64,000 nt of DNA from Eledone cirrhosa (lineage: Eukaryota), in the NCBI GenBank assembly GCA_964016885.1, contig OZ024741.1:80786001-80850000 (forward strand). Reading direction: 5' to 3'. Below are positions 29,810 through 45,221 of the stretch, one piece after another (the first letter of the stretch is position 1; every line of letters starts with the position of its first letter). The notes beneath the pieces were generated by a model. That model saw only the letters and a program-made list of their open reading frames with translations. It was not told where the DNA came from and made no database searches. Made by a program: the position numbers and the translations under genes.

Positions 29810-29910
29810 GTTTCTACTTTTGGCACAAGGCCACCAATTTTCCAGTGCATTACTGGTACTTTATTTTATCGACCCCGTAAGAATGAAAGGCAAACCTCGG
29901 CGGGATTTGA

Positions 29911-30600
<690 letters not shown>

Positions 30601-30618
30601 ACACTATATACACACACA

Positions 30619-30714
<96 letters not shown>

Positions 30715-30718
30715 CATA

Positions 30719-31343
30719 CATGGTGGCTGCCAACTCGTTTTCGAGTACGGCCACTACTTTATATCCATGTAGGAGAACTCCTACCGATGCGCTGAACGAA
30801 TGTAACTTTAGTCCAGCCAGCGACTTGAAAACTCTGGTACAAACACTACACCTGTGACAATTATTGACACATAGTGCTAGGCCCATGGTACCATGTGACG
30901 ACAAGTGCAGAGAGATCTCCAGATACAAAGCAATGCCTGTGCCGTGAAGCTTTTATAGCGAGCAAAGGCACTGCACAAAGCCAGTCCCACTCTCTTAACG
31001 AAGATGATATTTACCAAAAAGAAGAACAAGTCAACATCATTGGATACCATCAGAGTTGCAGGTGTTATATCAGAGTTGCAGGTGTTATATCAGAGTTTTC
31101 CTTCTCCTAGAATTCTGCCTTGACAAAGGCTAAGGGGTCATCTCTCCCAGTGATTTTGGATGGCCATTGAATCTTAAGAGCTCCTTTGCCCTTTGACAGG
31201 TTTTGTTTTTAGTCCTGCAGGATGTCCAAAGTCACCCTCCTCACCAAGAAACCTTGGTGGGATTGCCAGTTTAGTCGCCAACGACCCGACCATGAGACAG
31301 GTTGTACTGGGATACATGTTACCAGTAGCACCAACTGGTGATC
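30719..31343 (-). mobile_element. Non-autonomous RTE-like retroposon (copies at 31369-34090, interrupted, and 36937-37425)
   Basis: Three homologous copies; C2H2-like CSVCTRVFKSLAGLKLH near the 3' end, followed by a microsatellite tail. Confidence 0.55.
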
Positions 31344-31422
31344 ATACATACATACATACATACATACATGATGGCTGACCCCTCGTTATGGCCATTGCAC
31401 GATGTACCATTATTAATAATTA

Positions 31423-33614
31423 CACTGGTCTGCGTTTCAAAACTTTTTTTAAAAGGTCAAGGGTTTTCCAAATGATTTAGGACCCTTTTTGCATGCAGAA
31501 TTCAAAAATACAGTTTATTTTTCTGGGTCAGGTCTGGTTTCTAAGATATAGTCTATTTCTTTTCCAGCATATTTTTCTAAAATATCGCAATCCAAGCGTT
31601 TATTGGCTTTGCTTTTGCAAAACCGGGTCGTGGGTAACCTTTAATAATTATTTTTATTTCTCTTTTCAGGTCTAGAAAAATGGATCGGAAGTGTAAAAAC
31701 CATCCTAATAGGTTCTGTTACATCTGCGGACATGTGGTTCTTCCAGACCGTCAAGCAAAAATCACGGATTTTGTGAAGAAGGCATATCACGCTTAGTTTG
31801 GAGTCAAACTAGGGGACCAGGATAAGCTATTCGCTCCCCATATCTGCTGCAAAACATGTGTAGAGAACTTACGGGATTGGAGGAACAAGAAAAGGAAGAG
31901 TATGCCATTTGGTGTCCCAATGGTGTGGAGGGAAGGGAAAGATCACGTTACTGACTGCTACTTTTGCATGACAAATCTAAAAGGCATCAATCGCAAGAAC
32001 AAGCACCATGTTCAATACCCTGATGTTCCTTCTGCCATAAAGCCAGTCCCCCATGGCCCCGATCTTCCTGTTTCTGAGCCAAATGTCACCATGGAATCTA
32101 GTTCTGATTCCGAATCTAGTGACATGATTGATACAGCTAAGTGTGATGAATACAGGTCAGAAGAGGACGACCAACCGGTGACTTTGACCCAAGCCGAACT
32201 CAATGACCTGACACGAGACCTGAACCTTTCGAAGGAGTCTGCCCAGCTACTGGGTTCTCGCCTTCGAGAGAAACGTCTACTGGCGCCAGGAACAACATTA
32301 TTTGGTATCGGGACCGCGAGAGAGAATTTAGAAAATTCTTCATGTTTGATGAAGCATCTTCACTGGTCTACTGTAGCAATATTGCTGACCTGATTGAATT
32401 ACTTGGTCTGAAGTATGATGCTATGGAATGGAGACTTTTCATTGACTCATCTAACAGAAGTCTCAAAGCAGTTCTTCTGAATATCGGAAACAAGTTTTCA
32501 TCGATCCCTGTTGGGCACTCAGTTGAAATGAAAGAATCCCACAAAAGCATGGAACGTCTGTTGTCTGCTCTGAACTACCAGAAACATAAATCGTTGATCT
32601 GTGGAGATCTTAAAGTTGTTGGACTCATCCTAGGACTTCAAGGTGGTTACACAAAGTATCCATTCTTTCTGTGCTTATGGGATAGCCGTGCTGATGACCA
32701 GCATTATGTCAGACAAGAGTGGCCATTAAGACAAGGATTAAAACCTGGATCACACAACGTTTTGTCCCACTCTCTGGTTGAACCGAGCAAGATATTGCTT
32801 CCAACCCTCCACATCAAACTCGGTCTCATGAAGAACTTTGTAAAGGCATTGGACAGGGAAGGTGGAGGATTTGCTTTCCTCCATTAGAAGTTTCAACGAA
32901 AAAGCATGGAGAAAATTAAGGCAGGTATATTTGATGGTCCTCAAAGAAGGGAACCCATCAAGGATACTAGTTTTGATGATGCACTGAATCCTGCTGAACT
33001 CTCTGCCTGGTTGTCCCTTAAGTCAATCATTGTAAACTTCCTTGGCAACCACAGAAGTTCCCAGTATCAGAAGGTGGTTGATGAGTTAATGGAGAATTTC
33101 CGCCAACTTGGTGCGCACGTGTCAGTGAAAATGCACTTCCTCCGGTCTCATCTGGACTATTTTCCAGAGAATTGTGGAGATTTCAGTGAAGAACATGGTG
33201 AGCGCTTTCACCAAGATATCAGTGTTATGGAGGAACGCTATCAAGGCCGATGGGATGTCAACTTTCTGGCCGACTACTGCTGGTGCCTAAAGAGGGATGC
33301 GCAGTCTGCTCAGCACAAACGGAAGTCCCTGAAGAGACCATTCATCCATGAGTAGCTTCCTTAGTTCATTATACTCTTCTTGCTATCTATTCAAAATATT
33401 TTGTAAGCCTTCTGTGAATAAATCAGTCTAATATTTTCAATATTGCGTTTTATTCACCTACAAATAGATCGGAATTTAGGATATTTTTAATGTGCTAATA
33501 TTTCATTAACCTGATCTGATTGAGTAAAATGAGCATGATTTTTGGATTCAGTGCAAAAAACTGGCCTAAAATCATGTATTATATATTAGACCTTGAAAAC
33601 ATCGCAGACCAGTG
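31423..33614 (+). mobile_element. Chapaev3 (CMC) DNA transposon
   Basis: TIRs CACTGGTCTGCG / CGCAGACCAGTG; TTA target duplication (31420-22, 33615-17). Confidence 0.85.
31680..33355 (+). pseudogene. Chapaev3 transposase pseudogene
   Basis: MDRKCKNHPNRFCYICG..MPFGVPMVWRE..DCYFC..WRLFIDSS..ICGDLKVV..LHIKLGLMK..SEEHGERFHQDI; stops at ~31794 and ~32885, frameshift at ~32300. Confidence 0.88.
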
Positions 33615-34251
33615 TTATTAACTAATTCTATCGTGCAATGCCTGTGCATGAAGATATTTTTTAAAATGAGGAAAGACTGTGCACTGAGCCAATCCCACTT
33701 TCTGAGCGACAGTAGCTATAACTCGAAAAGAAGAAAATATCAACATCATCAGTAACTACTGAGCCGCAGGTTTTATATCGGAGTTATCCCAGTTTCCTGA
33801 GTTGCCTTCTCCTAGAAGAATGCCGTGACAAAGGCTAGGAGTCCTTCACTCACAGTGGTTTAACCGCGCGGTACATGTGTATATACATATTTACACACTT
33901 TCGGAGGCCGTTGACTCTTATGAGTTCTTCCGCCCTTTGTCATGTTTTGTTTTTTGTTCTGCAGGGTGTCCAAAATCACCCCCCTCACCAAGTAAACTTG
34001 GTGGGGTCGCTTGTTTAGTCGCCGACGACCCGACCATGCGACAGGTTGTACTGGGTTACATGTTGCCAGTAACACTCAAGAGTGACCCGACATAATATAT
34101 ATACATACATACATATATACATATATACATATATATATATATATACATACATACATACATATATGCATATATTTATATATACATACATACATATATACAT
34201 ACATACATATATACATACATACATACATATATACACACACACACATATATA

Positions 34252-34322
<71 letters not shown>

Positions 34323-34328
<6 letters not shown>

Positions 34329-34766
34329 AAGTTAAATAAAAAGTCAAATGTTTAAAATTTAGCTTCGTTTATTACTGCTATATATATTTCAGTGACAGCC
34401 ATCTTTGGCTGTGACCTCTTCAGGCAGTTTGAATTAGTATGGTATAGACAAGTACATATGTTGTTGAGGTGTATAATATTGTCAATACTCTGATATGCCC
34501 AGTTCCTGGTTGAGTTGTTATTTCACTGAGGAACTGGAATCATATATGATTCAAGTTCCTCAGTGAAATAACAACTCAACCAGGAACTGGGCATATCAGA
34601 GTATTGACAATATTATATACCTCAACAACATATGTACTTGTCTATACCATACTAATTCAAACTGCCTGAAGAGGTCACAGCCAAAGATGGCTGTCACTGA
34701 AATATATATAGCAGTAATAAACGAAGGTAAATTTTAAACATTTGACTTTTTATTTAACTTTATTTT
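34323..34766. mobile_element. ~220-bp-arm near-perfect palindrome with hammerheads
   Basis: Centre ~34545. Hammerhead actgc-CTGAAGA(34666)-ggtcacagcc..ggctgtcact-GAAA-t-atat-ATA-gcagt at 34661-34715, with a mirror copy. Confidence 0.85.
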
Positions 34767-34866
34767 ACATTACTCCGGAGTAACCAAACCAACCTGCGCA
34801 CTTCCTCGAGTGCTCCAGCCTGCATACTGAGGTGTTGGTATACAACCAACATAAACTCAAAATCTC

Positions 34867-35011
<145 letters not shown>

Positions 35012-35444
35012 AATATGCATAAGGAAAGTATATACTTTCAGACGTTCAATCATCTGGCAGGAAGGTATACGTTGCTGACGATAGCTAATAAGCTTGAAAC
35101 TAGTACAGCGTCCCTTTGTCAGTGTTGAACAAACGAGCAACGATGGTTGCTAGACACTACGGCTTAATACGGGATGTTTGTTTACAAACACACCGAGCAT
35201 TATAATAAATGTTCGGTGAATCCATACGTACACATATATATATATATGTGTGCATGTATGTATACATATATACATACTACTGTACGTCTGTATACATATA
35301 TGTATGTACGTGTACATACTTATATTTAAGTAACAGCCGTACTAAGAGTGAGAAATGAAATTTCGTTTCATTTTTTCCGTTTATATATATATATATATTT
35401 CGTTTCTGAATTATTGGCAACATGACCCTCCCAAAGCATAACAA

Positions 35445-35494
<50 letters not shown>

Positions 35495-35530
35495 CATATA
35501 TACATATATACATATATACATATATATATA

Positions 35531-36838
35531 GAGGTTGCGGACTGTATTTGAGGGCACGTATTTTTAGTCATTATATGTACCGGGTAATTGCTGGCCTTGT
35601 GCCAATAGTAGAAACAATTATTTTATTTGACTAATCCCGCCGAGGTTGACTTTACCTTTCATCCTTACGGGGTCGATAAAATAAAGTACCAGTAATGCAC
35701 TGGGTAATTGCTGGCCTTGTGCCTAAAGTAGAAACAATTATTTTATTTGACTAATTTTTATTGAACTTCCATTTCAGAAAATAACAATGAAAATAACTAT
35801 GCTTACTAATGAAATGAAAGTTAGAGAAAGATGGAAGTGTATTACCTGTATCAAAACTTAAAAAAACATTCCAAACGCTCTGATTCTATCAGGACACCTG
35901 AATTTATTCAGGAAGTTAAGTGAAACATTGATGACAATCCAGGAAAATCAATGAAGTCAATTGCAAAGAAGTTTGATGTGTCAGAAAAAACAATCAGAAA
36001 TGTTGTGCATGAAGACATCAGCTACGTGATGAGGAGAGGTCAATTCATGTCAGAAAAAACAAAAGAAAAGCATTTAATCAGATCCAAAAGACTTTTAAAC
36101 AAACTTAAAAATCCACCAGAAGATGGTGTGATTTGGTTTTTCTCAGATGAGAAAAACTTTGACCAGGACCAGAAAACTAACAGAAGAAACGACAGGTGGC
36201 TATGTGCAGACCTTTCTGAGGTTCCAAGAGTAATGCACACAAGATTTCCTGCAAGTATCATGGTTTTGGGTGTTGTTAGCAATGAAGCACATGTGATGCC
36301 TCCACTCTTTTTACACAAGGCCTTAGGGTGAATGCTGCTGCATATATTAAGGTTCTGGATAAAGTTGTTAAGCCTTCAATCAACAGTGTATGCAATGGGA
36401 GGCCTTATGTCTTTCAACAAGATTCTGCACAAGGCTCAAATGACACAAGAATGGATGGCTGACAAGTTGCATGATCACATCACCCCAACATTTGGACTCC
36501 TAATTCTCCAGGTCTCAATCCACTGGACTACTATGTATGGAGCACTGTTGAGAAAAATGTCAATGAACACCCCCATAGCACCAAAGATTCTTTGAAAGCC
36601 GCCATAATTCGAGTCATGTCCGATATGAACAAGGACCACTTAATCCGAGCTTGCAAACGATTTCGACCCCGTGTAAAGGCAGTTATTGATGTTTATGGTG
36701 GTTTTATTGAATGAAATTATTAAATTGATAATTTAGCTTTATGTTTATGTTATTTTATAAGAATACAGTTTTTTCCTGTTATTATATAAGTGTTTTTTTA
36801 AAACTATAAATCTGTCCTCAAATGCCGTCCGCACCCTG
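35531..36838 (+). mobile_element. Tc1/mariner superfamily (maT-like) transposon, decayed, with SINE insert at ~35580-35755
   Basis: Imperfect ~27-bp TIRs (cagggtgcggacggcatttgagg), TA flanks; transposase WFFSDEKNF..NRRNDRW..FQQD..LNPLDYYVW in shifted frames. Confidence 0.82.
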
Positions 36839-36987
36839 TACATATATATATATATATATACATATATATATACATATATATATACATACATATATATATA
36901 TATACATATATATACATACATACATATATACATACATGATGGCTGCCCCCCTCGTTATCGAGTATGGCCATCGTACGATATACCATT

Positions 36988-37172
36988 GAATTGGCAGTAT
37001 CGGTAGAGGGTCGGAAGCCGTGCTTTGCAGCAAAGAGTTACGGCCCTTTATGGTCTGAGTTCAAGTCCTGCCGAGGTTAAATTTGCCTTTCATCCTTACG
37101 GGGTCGATAAAATAAAGTACCAGTAATACACTGGGATAATTGCTGGCCTTGTGCCAAAAGTAGAAACAATTA
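36988..37172 (+). mobile_element. tRNA-derived SINE
   Basis: Same family as 24870. Confidence 0.85.
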
Positions 37173-37521
37173 ATCAATTCTATCGTGCAATGCCTGTGCG
37201 TGAAGATATTTATTTTTAAAGTGAGGAAAGACTGTGCACTGAGCCAACCCCACTCTCTGAGCGACAGTAACTATAACCCAAAAAGAAGAAAAGATCAATA
37301 TCATCGGTAACTACTGAGTCGCAGGTTTTATATCGGAGTTTTCCCAGTTTCCTGAGTTGCCTTCTCCTAGAAGAATGCCCTGACAAAGGCTAGGAGTCCT
37401 TCACTCCCAGTGGTTTAACCGCGCGATACATACATACACGCATACAAAGACATATATGCATACAGACAGACACACACACACATATATATAAGTATATACA
37501 TATATTAGTATACACACACAC

Positions 37522-37562
<41 letters not shown>

Positions 37563-38377
37563 ATTGTCTTTGAGCAGGCAGTTTCGTGGAACGAACAACT
37601 CGAACACACAACACTCGTCCTTGAAACAGACTTTGGTCCGATAATATATTTCAATATACCGTGTTGGAACTAGCTGTATTCTTTTTCCGAACAAACGCCC
37701 CATTATTTATTCATCTAAAGGAAATGACAAAGTCTGTAAGAAGGTTTCTGTCTGTAATTAAAATCACTAAGAAAGCAACAATTCCTAGACGTTAACTTAT
37801 AAATTATTTGCCAGTTGACACAAAACTCCACAGTGAAGAAATTAGGAAATTAAGCAACGCTAAAACACGTAGTGTGGCTAGCAGGATAAATTTGACTAAT
37901 CAAGACTACTATATATAGTGTCGGGGTCGAAATTTATTTCTTATTCTCTTTCTCTCCCACTCCTCTCTCTTAATCTCTCTCTCTACAAGAAGAAGAAGAA
38001 GAAGAAGAAGAAGAAGAAGAAGAAATCGGTTGTGGTCAGTCTTGGGAGGGATGGGTTCCTCCAGGTTTAAAATGTTCAAGACGTCTTGACGTCGCCCCTA
38101 CGATTACATTAAGAGTTAAGGGACTTGTGACTGTGACAGTGGTTTTCGTATCAAGAGGAGGTAAAAGGAATGGAATGGAATGGACCGGCATCGGTTTCAA
38201 CGATGAGTGTTCCAGTTGTTCGATCAACGGAATAGCCTATCTGGGAATAGTACCGTGCAAGTGGTCGAGCATTCCATAGAGCCGGGTTTCTTTAAGGAGA
38301 TTTAACGTAACACGGTGTGTGATAAGGCTGGCCATTTGAATTACACTTACAGTTCGACTTGTATTATAGTGTAAGTG

Positions 38378-39020
38378 GCGGTGGATTGGCAGTAGCGGTA
38401 GAGAGTCGGACGCCATGCTTTGACGCATAGAGTTACGGCCCTTTCCATTCTGAGTTCAAATCCCATCGAGGTCAACTTTGCCTTTCATCCTTATGGGGTC
38501 GATAAAATAAAGTACCAGTAATGTACTGGGTAATTGCTAGCCTTATGCCAAAAGTAGAAACAATTATAGTGTGACTGCGGGTGGTGGATTGGCAGTATCG
38601 GTGGAGCAGCATGCATTGCGACATAGAGTTACGTCCCTTTATGTTCTGGGTTAAAATCCTGCCCAGGTTAGCTTTGCCTTTCATCTTTACGGGGTCGACT
38701 AAGTAAAGTACCAGTAACGCGCCGGGGTCAATTTAATCGAATCCACCCCCCCCAACAAAATTGTTTGCATTGTACCTAAATCAGAAAACATTATTAATAT
38801 GGTGGTGGATTGACAGAATCAGTAGAGTGTAGGACAACATGCTTTGCAGCATAGAGTTATGGCTTTCAACGTTCTGAGTTCAAATTCCGCTGAGGTTAGC
38901 TTTGCCTGTCATCCTTACGGGGTCGATAAAATAAAGTACCAGTAATGCACTGGTGTCAATCTATTCGACTTTCTCCTCCCCCCCAAATTGTCGGCCTTGT
39001 ACCTTAATTAGAAACTATTA
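38378..39020 (+). mobile_element. Three head-to-tail tRNA-derived SINE copies
   Basis: ggtggattggcag...ggggtcga..aaagtaccagtaa repeated at ~38378, ~38580 and ~38800. Confidence 0.82.
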
Positions 39021-39774
39021 TAGTGTAAGTGGTTGAGTATTCCACAGATATGTGTGTTCTTAATATAACTTTCAATGAGTTTCAGCGTGACAGTGAATGA
39101 CAAGACCAGCTCTTTCAATAACACCCGACGGGTTTTCAAACAGCTTCCGCCAATCTAATTTCACTCACAAGAATTGGGTCGACCCGATGCTATAGTAGAT
39201 ACAACTTGCCAAAGATGCCATGCGGTGGAATCGAACACAGGATCTAATGATTGGGAAGCAAACTTCATAACCATTCGGCTATGTTACGTCCGACATAATA
39301 TATAAGTCGTTGTTGCTGTTGGAAAAAGGCCGTTAAAATAACATGCAATTGAGCAAGTATTTCACTGACAAGTGCATCCCAAGCTTATAAGTAAAACTGG
39401 CTAGACAGTATCTGTGTGGAAACCTGTCAGATAGATTGTACATAGAGTTATGTCCCTTTGCGTTATAGGTTCAAATCCCGCCCAGGTTAGCTTTGCCTTT
39501 TATCTTTACGGGGTCGATAAAATAAAGCACCAGTAACGCACCGGGGTCAATATAACCGACCCCCCCCCCCTCAAAATTGTTGGCCTTGATCACATATTGT
39601 GTCATGCTGAGTCGGCTTGTGAATTACTTTAAGGGTTCGCGTGTCTATGGAAGACTCAGCTACTTTGTATATTAACTGACTAATCGGTTATTCAGTTGAT
39701 TGAATAATTGAACTTTGATGGATCGTTCAATCCGAGGAAAGATATATATCAGTATGTTGAGTAGGGGATTAATT

Positions 39775-40421
39775 CATGGTAGATTTAATCTTGGGTGGAA
39801 GACATAATCTTGGTTGGTAGACATAACCTTGGTAGACTGAAGCTAGAGTAGTAGAATTAATTTTGCGTGGTAAATTTAATCTTGGGTGGTAGACTTAATT
39901 TTGGGTGGTAGATATGTTTTGGGTGGTAGACTTAATCTTGGCTGGTAGACTTAATCTTGGTTGGTAGACTTAATTTTGGTGGTAGACTTAATTTTAAGTG
40001 GTGTGTGTGTGTATGTGTGATAGCTCACACCTATGCAGGTTTAGCTGGCCTCCTCCAAGGTATATCTCGTTGGAGGTGTTTTGGGTGATTTAATGATAGG
40101 GTCCCCAGTCCTATCATCTCCTTTCTTCAGCTGGGTAAACTGGAGCAACGTGAAATAAAGTGTCTTGCTCAAGGAAACAACACATCACCCGGTCCGAGAA
40201 TTGAACTCACAACCTTTCGATTGTAAGCCCAATGCTCTAACCTCTAAGCTATGCGCCTTTACAATTTTTTAGGTGGTAGATTGGGTAGTAGACTTAATCT
40301 TGAGTGCAGACTTAATTTTGGGTGGTAGATATATGTTGGGTGGTATACTTAATCTTAGATGGTAATCTTAACAAAAGTGATAGACTTAATCTTGGGTGGT
40401 AGATTGCGTGGTAGACTTAAT
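39775..40421. repeat. Degenerate ~20-bp ggtagacttaatcttgggt minisatellite interrupted by a SINE at 40020-40262 (-)
   Basis: Repeated ggtagacttaat units on both sides of the SINE. Confidence 0.8.
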
Positions 40422-41074
40422 CAGCCAGGTTTAAAAGCATAACATAACCTGGCCCCAGGGTACCGTTATCAGAGTTTACTCTGCTCCTCGTCGAAACTGA
40501 CGGAGAACCCATCACTATACGTATCAATTTGAGAGAGAAAAGAGAAGCAACGGAACAATTTCATATTTACTTTCTCTACCTGGTATTTATAGTTTCCAAA
40601 ATAGGATATCATTCTCGTTGAAAATCTTAGCAGTATTGTATTAAAAGCAAAAATGTGTACAAGTAGAAATCCGTGGTTGAATAGGAGGAAGATGGTCATG
40701 GTGTGGAGAGTTTGAAGGCTGATTTATTCCCGATTTACAAATAATTTACTTAAGAATCTAATGCAATTGAGGAAAATATTAAATCATTAACAACACACCT
40801 TGAAAACAAAGTGCATATATGTGACCAATTCTTTCCGTCTCCAAGTATATTTATCCCGATCTTCCCAACTATCATTGACTTTGCCTTTCATCCTTACGGG
40901 GTCGATAAAATAAAGTACCAGTAATGCACTGGTAATTGCTGGCCTTGTGCCTAAAGTAGAAACAATTATGTTAATCATTTACTTTGGGGTTCTAGATACC
41001 CCCCACACACACATATCCACACTCACCCACACACACCACACACACACGCACACACACACAACACACACACGCAC

Positions 41075-42380
41075 AAAAAGTTATCAAACAGTTTTCAAGT
41101 TAAAGGTGGTTGGTTATGCAGAAGAATTTGGAAATAGATCAGCAGAAAGGGAGTTTGGAGTGTCAGAAAAGGTGGTGAGAGGTTGGAGGAAACAAAAAGA
41201 CAAGCTGGGAGAAATGCCTAAATCAAAGAGAGCAGCAAGGTTTGGAGTATCACCATATCAAAATCTTGAAAAAGAGCTAAATGATCGGGTTTTAGATATC
41301 AGGGAAAATGGACACATTGTTACAAGACTTTCTATAAGAACGAAAGCCCTTCAACTTGCACCAAAGTACCACTTATCTCAATTTAAATCGTCAGCAGGGT
41401 GGTGCACCAGGTTTATGAATAGGTTTGGAGTGACTCTTCGCCAAAAGACACATATTGCACAAAAGCTGCCAAAAGATATTGATGACAAAGTACACAATTT
41501 TGTAAAATTTGTGTTAAAGGAAAGAAAAAATGTTTGATTTTGCCATGGAGAATATAGCCAACATGGATGAAACACCCATGTACTTTGATATGCCAGGCAA
41601 CACAACTGTGGATAGTGTAGGTAACAAAACTGTTACAGTCAAAGCTGTTACAGTCAAAACCACAGATCATGAAAAACAACATTTTACTGTTGTTCTAGCA
41701 TGCCAAGCTGATGGAAAAAAACTTCGCCCTATGGTTATTTTCAAAAGGAAAATTATGCCGAAAGAGAATTTTCCAAGCAATGTGATTGTGAAGGTACATC
41801 CTTCGAAGGGCTGGATGGACGAGAACTTAACAAATTTATGGCTTGATGAAGTGTGGATGAAAAGGCCACGGGCATTACTGAAGCCACGAAGTTTGCTAGT
41901 TTGGGATATGTTTCGATCTCACTGCTGTGAGTCTGTAAAGGCTAGGCTGAAGGATTGTAAAACAAGACAAGCAGTGATTCCTGGTGGTTGCACCTCAGTC
42001 TTACAACTCCTTGATGTGGTAGTAAATAAGCCCTTCAAGACTTAAATCCGTAAACTCTGGACTTCTTGGATGATATCAGGTGAAAAGAAATTACCAAAGG
42101 TGGATCATTGAAAAGATCTGGCTTGAGATTAGTGGTGGAGTGGGTGAAGGAGGCTTGGGAAAGTATCCCTGCAGAGCTAATAATGAAGGCTTTCAAAAAA
42201 TGTGGCATATCAAATGCGATGGACGGGATTGAAGATGATGTGTTATATGAGGATTTAGTTGGTGAAAAGACAGAAAATGCAGAGAGTGATGAGGGAGATG
42301 ATATTGAAGAATGTGAAGATGAATTGAATGACTATTATAACAAATGCACAGTTACAGATGAAGAAATGAAAAAACTATTA
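41075..42380 (+). pseudogene. pogo-family transposase pseudogene (Brk-type DBD, CENP-B HTH, DDE_1)
   Basis: KSYQTVFKLKVV..FGVSEKVVRGWRK; FKSSAGWCTRFMNR; NMDETP; LVWDMFRSH; LQLLDVVVNKPFK; frameshifts and a stop. Probable right TIR cgacctatacgcgagtatatacgg-TA at 44226-44251. Confidence 0.88.
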
Positions 42381-42879
42381 ATTAACAGGTGTAACCGTAA
42401 TAACTTTATGGATAAACACAAACATTTAAACTTTATCTGCCTTACCTGTTAGATTTATTGCAAAAAAAATTCAATAATGACCTAGATGTTGACTAGCAGT
42501 TTTCCGAACAGGTGAATTAATTAAAATTGCAGATATAATCAGTACAAGGTTTTAGTCTTTCTCTACATTCCAGGCAGATATTTTCATTGAAAAAAATGTA
42601 TAAAACCTTTTCACCAGTCAAAATAATATTTGCAATGTACAATGTAGGGTGTAAATTTACGTAACAGAGTGTTCCCAATATATAAGTTCATTAACAGGCG
42701 TGAACATGTATTGGTGTTGTATCTTTCAACCACGTTGCTGTAATATTTTCAATGGTGTCCGTCAGATCTTCGCTTTCACTTTCAAAGTACCTAACCTATC
42801 ATCGTCATAAATAAATACATTTGAAGATAAATCACTAATATTATCTTGTGTTTCTTTTTCATTTCGAATGTCGTCGCAT

Positions 42880-43452
42880 ATAAAACCTTCAAAGTCGGTA
42901 TTCGCTACTTTGGGAAGCCATGTTGATACGCATGTCGCCACAGTGCCGGCCGCATTCCACGCCATGCTGCCCTCAACGAAGTCATTAAGCATGGCTTGGA
43001 TGCTGCAGGCTTCCCTTCCCAGCTCGAGCCGTTGGGGCTGGATCGAGGGGAGGGCAAAAGGCCAGATGGCATGACCATCTTCCCGTTCCGCGGTGGCAAA
43101 CCCCTCGTCTGGGATGCCACTTGCACCGACACTTTCTGCAGCCGCAACCTGGTGCAGTCTGCGACTGACCCAGGTTCTGCTGCACGTTGGGCTGAGGAGG
43201 CCAAGCTCTTCAAATACCGGTCGCTCTCCGACAGGTTTGCGGTCGTACCCCTGGCAGTGGCGACTCGGTGTCCTCGGCCCCAGGGCTACCTCCTTACTCA
43301 CCACCATAGGCGGTGAGCTGGCCAGCCGCAGGTGTGAGCACCGCGAGTTGGAGTGGCTTTTCCAGCGCGTCTCCCTTGCCGTCCTCCGGGAAAACGCCTT
43401 CTCCATTCTGTCCGCCAGGGCTGTGGGTGGGCCCCTTCGCGTACCGTTGTAG
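42880..43452 (+). pseudogene. CRE-clade non-LTR retrotransposon 3' end (restriction-like endonuclease)
   Basis: GC-rich; EPLGLDRGEGKRPDGMTIFPF..LVWDATCTDT..AEEAKLFKY..LFQRVSLAVLRENA. Confidence 0.8.
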
Positions 43453-44259
43453 TTGTTGTATACAGATATTAACTCATCAATCCCATTGTCCTAATCCATA
43501 AAATTAAATAGGATTTCTATTAAATAGGGTATATATATATGTATATATATATGTATATATATATATATGTATATGTATATATATATGTATATATATATGT
43601 ATATATATATGTATATATATATATAAAATCAAGGTCTAGCAAATAGAGAAAAAGTTTTAAAATAAATAAAAAAAAATTCGCAGTACTTAGTATATGTGCC
43701 TTTACCGCGGTTTCATGCTCCAGAATAAACGGAAAATCCAAGCGGATTTCCATTGAGAAGGGAGCAATCTTCAGAATGCTCGTCTCCTGCGGAGAATATA
43801 AAATTACCGAGTTCAAATCACAAACTGACGCCATACAAAACCATTCCCAAATGAGAGCGAATGATATATATATATACGTATATGTGAATATACAAAAATC
43901 TGTTATACTTTCAACGTTAAAAAACACGTGTTATTTCAAGTTGTTTCACTATATTAAGAGTTCATTTTCGCGCTTAAAGGCTTTATCTCGCAGTAATCTC
44001 GAATTAACGAGATTTCGATGACGTTAATGTTTATTTTATAAATAAAACATGGTTTGGAGTATATATCGCAACAGCGAAGTAATGGAAAGCTAACAGATTA
44101 TTAGTTTCAATTATCATAAAAAATAGTAGTTTGACGGTCCAAATTTCAGTGCGACCTATATACGAGTCAATGGCAAATAGCCTATTTGTTAAATGAAAAG
44201 TGGGTATGCAACCTATCTGCCGGGGCGACCTATACGCGAGTATATACGGTATATATATA

Positions 44260-44429
44260 TAACGAAGGAGTTGTGGTAAGGAACCAGATGGACCATAACG
44301 CACCAGAGTACTCAATATAGGAAAAATTATGACCCCGACGGCAGAGCTCAAGCCGTTTCGACGGCTATTTATGAGTTCAGAAATAGCCGTCGAAACGGCT
44401 TGAGCTCTGCCGTCGGGGTCATACTTTTT

Positions 44430-44433
<4 letters not shown>
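44260..44433. mobile_element. Fold-back element, family A
   Basis: Hairpin gaccccgacggcagagctcaagccgtttcgacggctattt / aaatagccgtcgaaacggcttgagctctgccgtcggggtc, plus the shared tail. Confidence 0.75.
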
Positions 44434-44475
<42 letters not shown>

Positions 44476-44784
44476 CGAAGTCATTGATATGAAATATGTT
44501 CTGCGATTGATTACCAGAAGTTATTGACGAGCGCCATCATCATTGATTTCGTTTGACCAGGTTCAGCATTATGATGATCAACAGGATCAATACAGATATA
44601 TTAATAAATCTTATATGTTGAAGATGAAACAAACACACACACAAACGTAAACAAACACACACAAACGTAAGCAGACGACACACAGACGTAGACACACGCA
44701 CACACAAACGTAAACAGACGACACACAGACGTAAGCACACACACACACACACATACAGACGTAAGCAGACGACACACAGACATA

Positions 44785-44893
<109 letters not shown>

Positions 44894-45110
44894 GTAAGCA
44901 GACGACACACAGACATAAGCACACACACATAGACGTATGCACACACGCACAACATATATAAATGAAGATATCAATGGATATGATATTCATAAATACGTAA
45001 TGCTGCTAATAAATAAATTAGGTAAGTCGTAAATATGTTATCGATTTAAAGCAAATTTGACATACATTGAATATATATATACATACATACATACATATAC
45101 ACACACACAT

Positions 45111-45221
<111 letters not shown>

